Position numbers and translations under genes: made by a program. DNA of 40,454 nt from Candidatus Micrarchaeota archaeon (GTDB lineage: Archaea > Micrarchaeota > Micrarchaeia > Anstonellales > Bilamarchaeaceae): positions 1 to 40,454 of the forward strand of contig JBFMCO010000053.1 in assembly GCA_040754495.1 (NCBI GenBank), read 5' to 3'. This document shows positions 18,616-27,209 of this stretch, piece by piece. How positions within the stretch are numbered: position 1 is the stretch's first letter; the number at the start of each line of letters is the position of its first letter. Under the pieces are notes generated by a model that ran no database searches, was not told the DNA's origin, and saw nothing but the letters and a program-made list of their open reading frames with translations.

Positions 18616-19347
18616 ATGAAGGATATCCCAGTAGTCATACTGGCCGGGGGCAAGGGCATGAGGATGCGCGACTACAGCGAGAACATCCCGAAAGCCCTCG
18701 TGCAGATAGGCCCGTACCCGGTCATCCTGCATGTGATGAAAATCTACGCCAAGTACGGCGTTCGGAAATTCATCCTCTCCCTGGGGTACAAGAGCGAGAT
18801 GATAAGGGAATTCTTCGACAAGAACCCGCAGGAAGGCATGGACGTGGAATGCGTGGACACCGGGCTCGAGACGCAGACCGGCGGAAGGGTGAAGCTGGCC
18901 GCGAACCACATAGACGCGGAAGACTTCTTCGTAACCTACTGCGACGGCCTGAGCGACATAAGCATCGGGGACCTGTACTCATTCCACAAGAAGCACAGCA
19001 AAATCGGCACGATGAGCGCGGTCCATCCGATGTCGCCCTTCGGCATGGTCGAGATAAACGGCGGCGGGCTCGTGGAGTCGTTCCGCGAGAAGCCCTTCCT
19101 GAAAGACTACATCAACGGCGGCTTCTTCGTCTTCAGCAGGCGCTTTTTGGATTATGTCGCGCCGGAAGACGTCCTCGAGGAGGCGCCCATGAGGAAGCTG
19201 GTGCAGGAGAAGCAGCTCGCGGCTTACCGGCACGAGGGCTTCTGGACGTGCATGGACACTTTCAAGGACGTGGACCGGCTGAACTCCCTCTGGTACGGGG
19301 GCGAGATGACCCATATGGGCTACAAAGGCAAGGTTCCGTGGTTGTGA
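18616..19347 (+). CDS. rfbF: Glucose-1-phosphate cytidylyltransferase
   Basis: VILAGGKGMR, PKALVQIG, DTGLETQTGGRVK, INGGFFV, GFWTCMDTFKD. Confidence 0.85.
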   Translation: MKDIPVVILAGGKGMRMRDYSENIPKALVQIGPYPVILHVMKIYAKYGVRKFILSLGYKSEMIREFFDKNPQEGMDVECVDTGLETQTGGRVKLAANHIDAEDFFVTYCDGLSDISIGDLYSFHKKHSKIGTMSAVHPMSPFGMVEINGGGLVESFREKPFLKDYINGGFFVFSRRFLDYVAPEDVLEEAPMRKLVQEKQLAAYRHEGFWTCMDTFKDVDRLNSLWYGGEMTHMGYKGKVPWL

Positions 19348-20366
19348 TGGGTTTCTGGTCGGACAAGCGGGTCCTGATAACGGGCGGCAACGGCTTCATA
19401 GGCTCATGGCTTACCGAAAAGGCAATCGGCATGGGGGCCAAAGCGACGCTCCTCATAAGGAAGGAAAGCCCGGTCGGCCTTGCCAGCATTCCCGATGCCG
19501 CAAAAAAAGCCACGGTGGTCCGCGGAGACCTGAGGGATGCCGCGCTCATGGAGAGGATATGCCAGGAGCAGGACGTAATCCTCCACCTGGCGGCAGTCAC
19601 CCAGGTGCTCTACAGCATAAGAAACCCGCAGGAAACCGTGGAAGTGGACGTCAATGGCACGCTCAACATCCTCGAGGCAATGCGGAAGAAGAACGACGGC
19701 GCGTTCCTTGTTTTCACGAGCACGGACAAGGTCTACGGGGAGCCGGCTTACCTTCCCATAGACGAGAACCACCCCATTTCGGCCAAATCCCCCTACGATG
19801 CGTCGAAGCTGGCTGCGGACCGGCTCGCCTACTCGTACCATGTCACCTACGGCATCAGGGAATCCACGTCAAGGTGCTCGAACGTCATCGGCGGGAGGGA
19901 CGCGAATATCCTGAGGGCCATACCCAGCTTCGTCTATTTCCTCATGCAGGGCCGCAGGCCGGTCATCAGGACGGCCGGCAGGCACCTCCGGGACTACCTC
20001 TACGTGGATGATGCTGTCCGGGCCATCATGCTCCTTGCGGAGAAGCAGGAAAAAAGCAGGGGAAAGGCATTCAATTTCGGGACCGGAAAGCCGACTTCGG
20101 TAATGGAACTGGGGAACATGGTGGCCGCGGAGTTCGGCCCGGGCCTGGAGCCCCTCGTGCAGGGCAAAATCGTGCCGGGCGAGATAGACCGGCAATACCT
20201 CTCGTCGAAGCTGGCGGAGCAGGAGCTCGGCTGGAAGAGCGCAGTCCCCCTCGAAGAAGGCGTGCGGCGCGCCGTGGAATGGTACAGGAAAAACCCGCAG
20301 TGGCTGGAAATCATCCGCAGGAGCTCGTCCCATTACGGCTACGACATTGAAGCGATTTACGGGTAA
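19347..20366 (+). CDS. rfbG: CDP-glucose 4,6-dehydratase-like SDR
   Basis: FWSDKRVLITGGNGFIGSWL, STDKVY, PYDASK; ATG 19347 overlaps the rfbF stop. Confidence 0.8.
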   Translation: MGFWSDKRVLITGGNGFIGSWLTEKAIGMGAKATLLIRKESPVGLASIPDAAKKATVVRGDLRDAALMERICQEQDVILHLAAVTQVLYSIRNPQETVEVDVNGTLNILEAMRKKNDGAFLVFTSTDKVYGEPAYLPIDENHPISAKSPYDASKLAADRLAYSYHVTYGIRESTSRCSNVIGGRDANILRAIPSFVYFLMQGRRPVIRTAGRHLRDYLYVDDAVRAIMLLAEKQEKSRGKAFNFGTGKPTSVMELGNMVAAEFGPGLEPLVQGKIVPGEIDRQYLSSKLAEQELGWKSAVPLEEGVRRAVEWYRKNPQWLEIIRRSSSHYGYDIEAIYG

Positions 20367-20370
20367 TCCG

Positions 20371-21249
20371 ATGAAAATCCTTGTTCTTGGCGGAAGCGGG
20401 CTGCTCGGGCGCGAGCTTGTCTCAAGCCTTGCGCCTTCCAACGAGGTGACCTACACGTATTTCAACAACCCGGGGCAGGTTCCCGGAGCGAAGGGATACG
20501 CGCTCGACCTTGCCGACCTTGCGGCAACCGAGCGGCTCATGGACGGCATCGCCCCGGAGGTCGTGCTGCACACGGTAGCCCCGCCGAGCGTGGACTGGCA
20601 CGAGAGGGAGCACGCCGCCGCATACGCCACGAACGTCCTCGGCACGAGGGCGATAGCGGAGAAGGCGAAGAAGATGGGCGCGAAGCTCGTCTACATCTCC
20701 ACGACTTTCGTCTTCCCGGACGCAGGCCGGACCTTCACTGAAGAGGACATACCTGCCCCTATAAACTTCTACGGGGTGACCAAGTGGGGGGCGGAACTGG
20801 CCGCAGCCATCAATCCCAACCACGCGATAATACGCACGGACCAGATTTACGGGTGGTCCCTTCCCGGGCAGAAGAAATCCTTCGTGGTTTCCACGCTGGA
20901 GAAGCTGGAGAAGGGGCAGAAGGCCGAGGTCTGCAGCGACTGGCTCAACTCCCCCACGTACGTAAAGGACCTCTCCCTGGCCGTGAAGGGCATCATGGAA
21001 AAAGACAAGCGCGGCATCTACCACGTCGTAGGAAACAGCTTCCTGGACCGGGTGAGCTGGGCAAGGAAGATAGCCGCGGCTTTCGGAAAGGACCCATCGC
21101 TCGTAGTGGGGATAGAGTCCTCGGGCCTGAAGCTTCCTGCGCGCCGCCCCAATGCGCGCGTATCGAACGAGAAGGCAAAGGAGGAGCTGGGGCTGCGCCT
21201 GCGGACAGTGGATGAGGGGCTTGAGGACATGCTGGGGTCGAGGCCATGA
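20371..21249 (+). CDS. rmlD: NDP-4-keto-6-deoxyhexose 4-reductase (RmlD-like SDR)
   Basis: GGSGLLG, NVLGT, ISTTFVF, YGVTK, DWLNSPTY, RRPN. Nucleotide specificity is not established. Confidence 0.8.
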   Translation: MKILVLGGSGLLGRELVSSLAPSNEVTYTYFNNPGQVPGAKGYALDLADLAATERLMDGIAPEVVLHTVAPPSVDWHEREHAAAYATNVLGTRAIAEKAKKMGAKLVYISTTFVFPDAGRTFTEEDIPAPINFYGVTKWGAELAAAINPNHAIIRTDQIYGWSLPGQKKSFVVSTLEKLEKGQKAEVCSDWLNSPTYVKDLSLAVKGIMEKDKRGIYHVVGNSFLDRVSWARKIAAAFGKDPSLVVGIESSGLKLPARRPNARVSNEKAKEELGLRLRTVDEGLEDMLGSRP

Positions 21250-21803
21250 CTGAGCGCGGGATGGAGATAGAGGACCTTCCGCTGAAAGGGGCATTCATCA
21301 TAAGGCCGAAGGAGTTCTACGACGAGCGCGGAGCGTTCTGCAAGACATACGACCGCGCGATGCTAAGAAGCCGCGGCGTGGAGCCCGGCGTCGTCGAGGA
21401 ATTTTTTTCGGTCTCGAAAAAAGGGGTGGTGCGCGGGCTGCACTACCAGGCCGAGCCGCATCCGCAGGCCAAGCTCGTAGGGGTTCTCAAGGGGGCTGCA
21501 TTCGACGTCATCGTGGATTTGCGCAGGCGCTCGCCCACCTTCGGCAAATGGGTTTCTGTCGAGCTGAGCGGGGGGAATCGCCGCACGCTCTACGTGCCCC
21601 GCGGGTTCGCACACGGCTTCCTCTCGCTCGCGGACGACACGCTCATGCTGTACCGGGTGGATGGCGACTATTCGCCTGAGGCCGAGCGAGGCATCATATT
21701 CGACGACAAGTCGCTGGCGATACCCTGGCCGAAAATGGAGTATATAGTGTCCCGGAAAGACCGGTCCTGGCCTTCCTTCGACAAGGCTGACAAATTCGAC
21801 TGA
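21246..21803 (+). CDS. rmlC: NDP-4-keto-6-deoxyhexose 3,5-epimerase (RmlC-like cupin)
   Basis: DERG, VRGLHYQ, KLV, DVIVDLRRRSPTFGKW, VPRGFAHGF, WP. Confidence 0.9.
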   Translation: MTERGMEIEDLPLKGAFIIRPKEFYDERGAFCKTYDRAMLRSRGVEPGVVEEFFSVSKKGVVRGLHYQAEPHPQAKLVGVLKGAAFDVIVDLRRRSPTFGKWVSVELSGGNRRTLYVPRGFAHGFLSLADDTLMLYRVDGDYSPEAERGIIFDDKSLAIPWPKMEYIVSRKDRSWPSFDKADKFD

Positions 21804-21807
21804 TTGC

Positions 21808-23019
21808 ATGGCGTTCCAAGACCTCGTGTCCTCAATCCGCGTAATCAGGAAAAGCGGCTCGAAGACGCTGGTAATCCTGCCTTTCTATACCGAATACGGG
21901 CATCTTGCACGCCATCTTTCCCTCCTCAGGAAGCAGACATCCAGGGATTTCGACCTGCTGATAGTCATGAACGCGGTTACGGACGAAACCCGGGCCGCTT
22001 CCATCGCGGAACCCGCGGCGTCGGATTTCGGCGTCATCCTTGCGAAAAGGAAGGAGGATACGGGCAGCGCCGGGGGCTTCTCCGCCGGCCAGCTCTATGC
22101 CCTTGAGAACGGCTACGAATGGATGGTGTTCACGGATTCGGACTGCTACCCTGCGGATGAGCGCCTCATCGAGAACCTGCTTGCGAACCGGCAAAAGGGA
22201 TACGTGAGGCCGGAGTGCCGCCTTATGAGCGATGGCAGGGCCGTGGAGGTGAACAGGGGCGGCAATGTGGCGTTCTACAGCCTCCTCTCATCGCAGCTCG
22301 TCCGGAAATACGGCATCTACTACGCCCCCATATACTACGGCGCGGACGACCTGGAGTATATAGAGAGGATAAGGGAAACGCCATTCAACGTCCACAGCTT
22401 CTGCCAGCACCCCTACCCTGCCGGGGCATACCGGAATTTCGACAAATACGTCCTCTACCTCGTCCACCTGCTCATATTCACAAGGAACGCGAGGAGCTTC
22501 CTGAACAATATCGTCAACCTCACGGTCTCCCTGCCGGTGTTCCTCCTCTTCCTCCCCCCATATGGGCGAAAAGGCCACTGGGGCGCAATCAGGTGCCTGC
22601 TGGCAGGCATATACGGCAAGCCTGCCGTGGAAGCCCTGAGGACGCGCTATCAGGACAGCATCACCGGGCCGGACCTGGAGGGCTTCGCGGCGGTCTCGTT
22701 CGAATCCTCTTACGGCAGCGACACGTCCTACGCGTCGAGCCTCATGAGGCCGATTTCCCACTTCAGGAAGGACGTCATTATAGAAAAAAGCTACTCCGGA
22801 TTCCTCACCACGCTCGCCGCGCTCGCGGCGAGGAGGGCCTATTGCAGGCTCGACGGGAAGGCCCTGCTCCTTGCGGACAACTCCAACCCGCTCATTCATG
22901 CGCTCAGGCTGGCGCTCTTCCTGGCATACGTCCCCCTGCTCGCCTTCTTCTTCGCCCCCCTATTCACGCTGCTGAAGTGCCTTCGCCAGCCTAAGACCAT
23001 GCGCTACGGCCTCGAGTGA
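21808..23019 (+). CDS. Glycosyltransferase family 2 (paralog B)
   Basis: EDTGSAGGF, TDSDCYP, YYGADDLE, C-terminal NPLIHALRLALF shared with paralog A. Confidence 0.85.
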   Translation: MAFQDLVSSIRVIRKSGSKTLVILPFYTEYGHLARHLSLLRKQTSRDFDLLIVMNAVTDETRAASIAEPAASDFGVILAKRKEDTGSAGGFSAGQLYALENGYEWMVFTDSDCYPADERLIENLLANRQKGYVRPECRLMSDGRAVEVNRGGNVAFYSLLSSQLVRKYGIYYAPIYYGADDLEYIERIRETPFNVHSFCQHPYPAGAYRNFDKYVLYLVHLLIFTRNARSFLNNIVNLTVSLPVFLLFLPPYGRKGHWGAIRCLLAGIYGKPAVEALRTRYQDSITGPDLEGFAAVSFESSYGSDTSYASSLMRPISHFRKDVIIEKSYSGFLTTLAALAARRAYCRLDGKALLLADNSNPLIHALRLALFLAYVPLLAFFFAPLFTLLKCLRQPKTMRYGLE

Positions 23020-24263
23020 GCCCTGCAGAACTCCAAATCCTCCGCTATTTTCCGCTGATAAAGCCCTTTATAGTGCCCCATCTTCAGGAAAAAGACAGCC
23101 AACGCGGCCGGGAGCGAGAGGACGGCTAGAGGCACTGCAACTATCTGGAAAGCCAGGGCAAGGAACGCGTTGTTCTCATAGAAAAGGAAAATCCTGCCCT
23201 TCAGTTCATCGTAAAGAAACACCTTTCCGGCGAACGTGGAGTATGGGGGCACAGCAAGCGAAAACTGGTTGGCAAGTATGACATCCCTCCCGGCCAGCCT
23301 GCGAACGAGCCGCGCCATGCCCCGGAGGAGCGAGAGCGGCGAGCCTCCCCTTGCCCCGCTTCCGACAAGCTCCCCCTCCCTTAGCGTCTCTATCCCCGCG
23401 CCAGCCAATTCCTCCCCGGCCTTCTCAAGGCCGGTGGCTATGAAAAGCGACTTCTTCCTGTCCAGGCCGTCAAGCCGCGCCTCCTTCAGCCCGAGCCTGT
23501 CCGCGGGCGCGCTCCTCCTGCCGGCGCGGCCTAGCGCGAAATCCCAGAAAGCCTGGATGGAGGCGAGCAGGAATGCCGGCTTCCTGAATGAGAGCGCGAA
23601 GAACGCCCCCCGCACTGAATTATAGAGGAAATAATAGCAGAACACCGCGGCCTTTCCCGTGATGGCCATGTGCATGTAGACGTTGCGCGCAGAGAGATAT
23701 GTCCTGAAGGAGTCCGTCGTTATCCTCCACGGGTGGTCGATGACGATGCCTTTGTCATGGACGACGCTGGCAACCCCCTGCAGCCTTTCCGCGAACTCTA
23801 TGTCCTCGCTCATCAGGAAGAAGGGGTCGAAGTAGAAGCCAACCTTGGGGAAGATGTCCCTCCTGACCATCATGTAGTGGTTGGAGAGGCCTATCGGGCT
23901 CCCGTTCGTGTAGTAGCCTGCCACGAGCGCGTCGCCCTTCCCGGCATGGGCGTAGAACCGCTCCATCATCCCGTTCCCGGCCGGGAACGCATCGTCATCC
24001 GCGAATATTATGTAATCGTACCCTTCTGCATACGCCTTCTTCGCGCCTTCCTTGAAGCCGCCGGCAGGCCCGATGTTGTCGAAGGAAAGGAAGTGCAGTG
24101 CAAAATCCCCGGCGAACTCCTTCCGTGCGAAATCCACCGGCGACTTCCCGTTGTTCACTACCACAATGCCATCCGGCTTCCTCGTCTGGCCCCGCAGCAG
24201 CTCAAGGTGCTTCCTGAGCTTTTCAGGAACGTCCATCGTGACCATGACGAGCGCTATCCTCAT
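23004..24263 (-). CDS. Glycosyltransferase family 2 (paralog C)
   Basis: NIGPAGGF, FADDDAFP, GFYFDPFFLMSED, IDHPW. Confidence 0.85.
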   Translation of the reverse strand: MRIALVMVTMDVPEKLRKHLELLRGQTRKPDGIVVVNNGKSPVDFARKEFAGDFALHFLSFDNIGPAGGFKEGAKKAYAEGYDYIIFADDDAFPAGNGMMERFYAHAGKGDALVAGYYTNGSPIGLSNHYMMVRRDIFPKVGFYFDPFFLMSEDIEFAERLQGVASVVHDKGIVIDHPWRITTDSFRTYLSARNVYMHMAITGKAAVFCYYFLYNSVRGAFFALSFRKPAFLLASIQAFWDFALGRAGRRSAPADRLGLKEARLDGLDRKKSLFIATGLEKAGEELAGAGIETLREGELVGSGARGGSPLSLLRGMARLVRRLAGRDVILANQFSLAVPPYSTFAGKVFLYDELKGRIFLFYENNAFLALAFQIVAVPLAVLSLPAALAVFFLKMGHYKGLYQRKIAEDLEFCRAHSRP

Positions 24264-25540
24264 CCGGGCACCCCCTTGCGCAGGGACTTGTCAGCCTCCC
24301 TGCAGAACTCCGAATCATCGCGGAGCTCGTTCTCCAGCATCCTCTTGTAATGCCCCCTGCGGACCAGGTAGATTGCCGCGGCGAGCGGAAGGAGCGCGGC
24401 GGTTGCGGATGAAAAGAGCAGCGTGAACAGCGCGGAGAGCGGGACGCTGTTCCTGTAGAACAGGTACGCCCGGCCGCCGAGCTCGTCATAGAGGTAGACA
24501 TCCCTCGCGAGCATGGAAAGCGGCGGGAAGGCGAGAAGATAGTGGTTCTGGACAATTATGTCCCTGCCGCCCAGCCTTGAAACCGCTGAGGCGAGGCGCC
24601 GGATTTCATGCAGGGGCCCGCCGCGGCCTTGCTCTCCCGTGAAGTCCCTTCCGCCCGCCGCCTCGATGCCTTTCATGCCCGCAGGATGCCTTAGGCCTTC
24701 GGCCTCCGGGACAATCCATAACGCCTTCCTGTCCGGCCCCTGCGCTCCGGCCGGCTCAAGCTCCATCTCGACTGACGCCACGTCCACAGGGCCGGCCATC
24801 CCGGAAGCGAACTGCCAGTATCCTCCGGCGGCCGCAAGGGCGAACTCAGGCTTCCTGAGCGCGAGCGCGGTGAAGGCGGCGCGCATGCAGTGGTAATAGA
24901 ACAGCATCGCGTAATGGACGAGGCCGCCGTGCATGGCGATGTTTATCATGGAATTCCTCGCCAGAAGAAAGCTCCTGCGGGTGTTTATCTTGAGCCTCCA
25001 GGGGTGGTCTATCACTATGCCCGGGTCGTACGCTATCCGCGCCGCCTTTTTCAGCCGTGCAGTGAACTCGTGGTCCTCGACCATGAGGAAAAACGGCTCG
25101 AAATAGAAACCCGTCTTCCGGAGGACGTCCCGGCTCACCATCATGTAGTGGTTCGACACGCCGATTGCGGTACCGTTGGTATGGTGGCCTGCGACCACGC
25201 CTTCTCCCTTCTCCGCGTGGGATGCAAATTTGGCGATGACGCCGTCCCCCACCGGGTACGCGTCGTCATCCGCGAAAATGACGTAGTCGAAGCCGCGCAG
25301 GTACGCCCTCCTCGCCCCGGCCCTGAACCCCCCGGCCGGGCCGATGTTGCGCCCGGTTTCCAGCACATCGAGCGCGAGCGACGGAAACTCCCGCGCCGCC
25401 CATCCAGCTCCCTGCGTGCCGGTGCTGACGATTATGACTCCGTCCGGCTTGCGGCTCTGCATGCTCAGGGCGGAAAGGCCCCGCCGGAGCCTCTCAGGCG
25501 AGTCGAACGAGACTATGACGACCGCAATCCTCGCTTTCAG
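24260..25540 (-). CDS. Glycosyltransferase family 2 (paralog D); start codon uncertain, CTG proposed
   Basis: NIGPAGGF, FADDDAYP, GFYFEPFFLMVED, IDHPW; similarity to paralog C begins at about 25540. Confidence 0.8.
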   Translation of the reverse strand: MKARIAVVIVSFDSPERLRRGLSALSMQSRKPDGVIIVSTGTQGAGWAAREFPSLALDVLETGRNIGPAGGFRAGARRAYLRGFDYVIFADDDAYPVGDGVIAKFASHAEKGEGVVAGHHTNGTAIGVSNHYMMVSRDVLRKTGFYFEPFFLMVEDHEFTARLKKAARIAYDPGIVIDHPWRLKINTRRSFLLARNSMINIAMHGGLVHYAMLFYYHCMRAAFTALALRKPEFALAAAGGYWQFASGMAGPVDVASVEMELEPAGAQGPDRKALWIVPEAEGLRHPAGMKGIEAAGGRDFTGEQGRGGPLHEIRRLASAVSRLGGRDIIVQNHYLLAFPPLSMLARDVYLYDELGGRAYLFYRNSVPLSALFTLLFSSATAALLPLAAAIYLVRRGHYKRMLENELRDDSEFCREADKSLRKGVPG

Positions 25541-26472
25541 GCGAACACCCTGAAGTATTCGGCGGAGCGCTTCAGCCCCTCCGCGAGCCCCACCTTCGGC
25601 TCCCACCCGAGCTCCTTTTTCGCAAGCGCGATGTCCGGCTTCCGCCGCTTCGGGTCGTCCTCGGGCAGTGCGACAAGCGTTTTCTCCACCTGCCGCCCGA
25701 GAACCCGGCCAAGCGTGTCGGCCAGCTCCAGCAGCGTGCGCTCGTCCGGATTGCCGAGATTCACCGGGCCGGTGAATCGCTCCGGGGATTTCTCAAGCCG
25801 CACGAATCCCTCTATCATGTCGTCCACGTAGCAGAAAGAGCGCGTCTGCCTTCCGCTTCCATAGATGGTGAGCGGCTTGCCGCGCAGGGCCTGCATGATG
25901 AAATTGCTCACCACGCGCCCGTCCTCGGGGTCCATGTGCGGGCCGTATGTGTTGAATATGCGCGCTATCTTCACCGGGTGGCCGGTCTTCCTGCGCCAGT
26001 CCATGATAAGCGCCTCGGCCGCCCGCTTCCCCTCGTCGTAGCACGCCCTCGGGCCGACCGGGCTGACGTTGCCCCGATAATCCTCGTTCTGCGGGCTTTC
26101 CAGCGGGTCGCCGTAGATTTCCGAGGTGGATGCCTGGAAGACCGGCGTCCGGCCCTTCTCCGCGTATTTCAGGACGTTCCACACCCCCCAGGCAGAAGTC
26201 CTGAAGGTCTGCACCGGGTCCTTCTGGTACCTGGACGGGCTTGCCGGGCATGCGAGGTTGTAGATGAAATCGAACCTGCCGAGTTCCGGGAGCGGTCCGA
26301 CTATGTCATGCTTCACGAGCCTGAACCCGCGCTTCTTCGACAGCAGTTCCACGTTGGGCCCGAACGCGGTCGAAAGGTCGTCAACGGCAACGACTTCATG
26401 CCCGTCCCCAAGCAGCCTGAGGCAGAGGTTCGTGCCGAGGAACCCGGCCCCGCCAGTGACAAGATACCTCAC
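25537..26472 (-). CDS. uxs: UDP-glucuronate decarboxylase (UDP-xylose synthase)
   Basis: TGGAGFLG, NLACPASP, ASTSEIYGDP, CYDEGKR, RIFNTYGP, DGRVVSNFI, DDPKRRKPDI; GTG start in a GTGA overlap. Confidence 0.92.
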   Translation of the reverse strand: MRYLVTGGAGFLGTNLCLRLLGDGHEVVAVDDLSTAFGPNVELLSKKRGFRLVKHDIVGPLPELGRFDFIYNLACPASPSRYQKDPVQTFRTSAWGVWNVLKYAEKGRTPVFQASTSEIYGDPLESPQNEDYRGNVSPVGPRACYDEGKRAAEALIMDWRRKTGHPVKIARIFNTYGPHMDPEDGRVVSNFIMQALRGKPLTIYGSGRQTRSFCYVDDMIEGFVRLEKSPERFTGPVNLGNPDERTLLELADTLGRVLGRQVEKTLVALPEDDPKRRKPDIALAKKELGWEPKVGLAEGLKRSAEYFRVFA

Positions 26473-27209
26473 TTCCTCACCTTCGCCACCGGGGGCGGCA
26501 GTATCTCCTCCACGAGCCTGTTCGCGGCCCTGTAGGATTCCAGCGTCCCGATGTCTATCCACATCCTCAGCGGCTGGATGTCGCCGTACAGCCTGCCCTC
26601 TTTTGCCCATTGCGGGAAATATGCGCTTTCCAGCTTGAATTTCCTCATCTGGACGTCCTCGAGGGCCCCTGGCTCGAGCACGAAGTATCCGGCATTAGCC
26701 AGCACGGACTTTGTCTGGCCGGCGGCCGGCTTCTCTATGAAGCGCGTTATTTTTTCCCCGTTCAGCTCTGCTATGCCGAAGCGGGGCGCGTCCTCCCTCG
26801 GCACGGGAAAGAGCGAGAGCGTGGCGCTTCCGCCGTGCTTCCTGTGCGCCGTGATGGCTTTCCCCACATCGAGCCTCGTAACGTTGTCGCCGTAGCAGAC
26901 GAGCACCGGCTCGCGCAGCTCCTTCTCTATGAGCACTGTCTTGAGGTCCCCGCCGGTTTCCCAGCCAAGGGCCCGCACCACGCTTACCTTCACCCTGTGG
27001 TGGTCCGCGTGCCTGAAATACTCCTCTATCACGTCAGCCATGTGCGAGACAGCGACATAAACTTCGTCTATCTCCCCGCAGGATGCGATGTTGTCCAGCA
27101 CGTAGTCTATCACGGGCCGCCCGCCCACCGGGAGCAGCGGCTTCGGTATGGCGTACGTCAGGGGCCTCAGCCTCGTCCCCTGCCCTGCCGCAAGTATGAC
27201 TGCCTTCAT
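26469..27209 (-). CDS. Sugar-1-phosphate nucleotidyltransferase (NTP_transferase family)
   Basis: ILAAGQGTRLRPLT, PKPLLPV, ETGGD, YGDN, FIEKP, WIDIGT. Confidence 0.9.
   Translation of the reverse strand: MKAVILAAGQGTRLRPLTYAIPKPLLPVGGRPVIDYVLDNIASCGEIDEVYVAVSHMADVIEEYFRHADHHRVKVSVVRALGWETGGDLKTVLIEKELREPVLVCYGDNVTRLDVGKAITAHRKHGGSATLSLFPVPREDAPRFGIAELNGEKITRFIEKPAAGQTKSVLANAGYFVLEPGALEDVQMRKFKLESAYFPQWAKEGRLYGDIQPLRMWIDIGTLESYRAANRLVEEILPPPVAKVRK

Noticed and set aside
20371-21803. Calling rmlD/rmlC a complete dTDP-L-rhamnose pathway
   Set aside because: There is no clear rmlB in the window and the genes are co-transcribed with rfbF/rfbG. Rhamnose synthesis remains possible using genes elsewhere.
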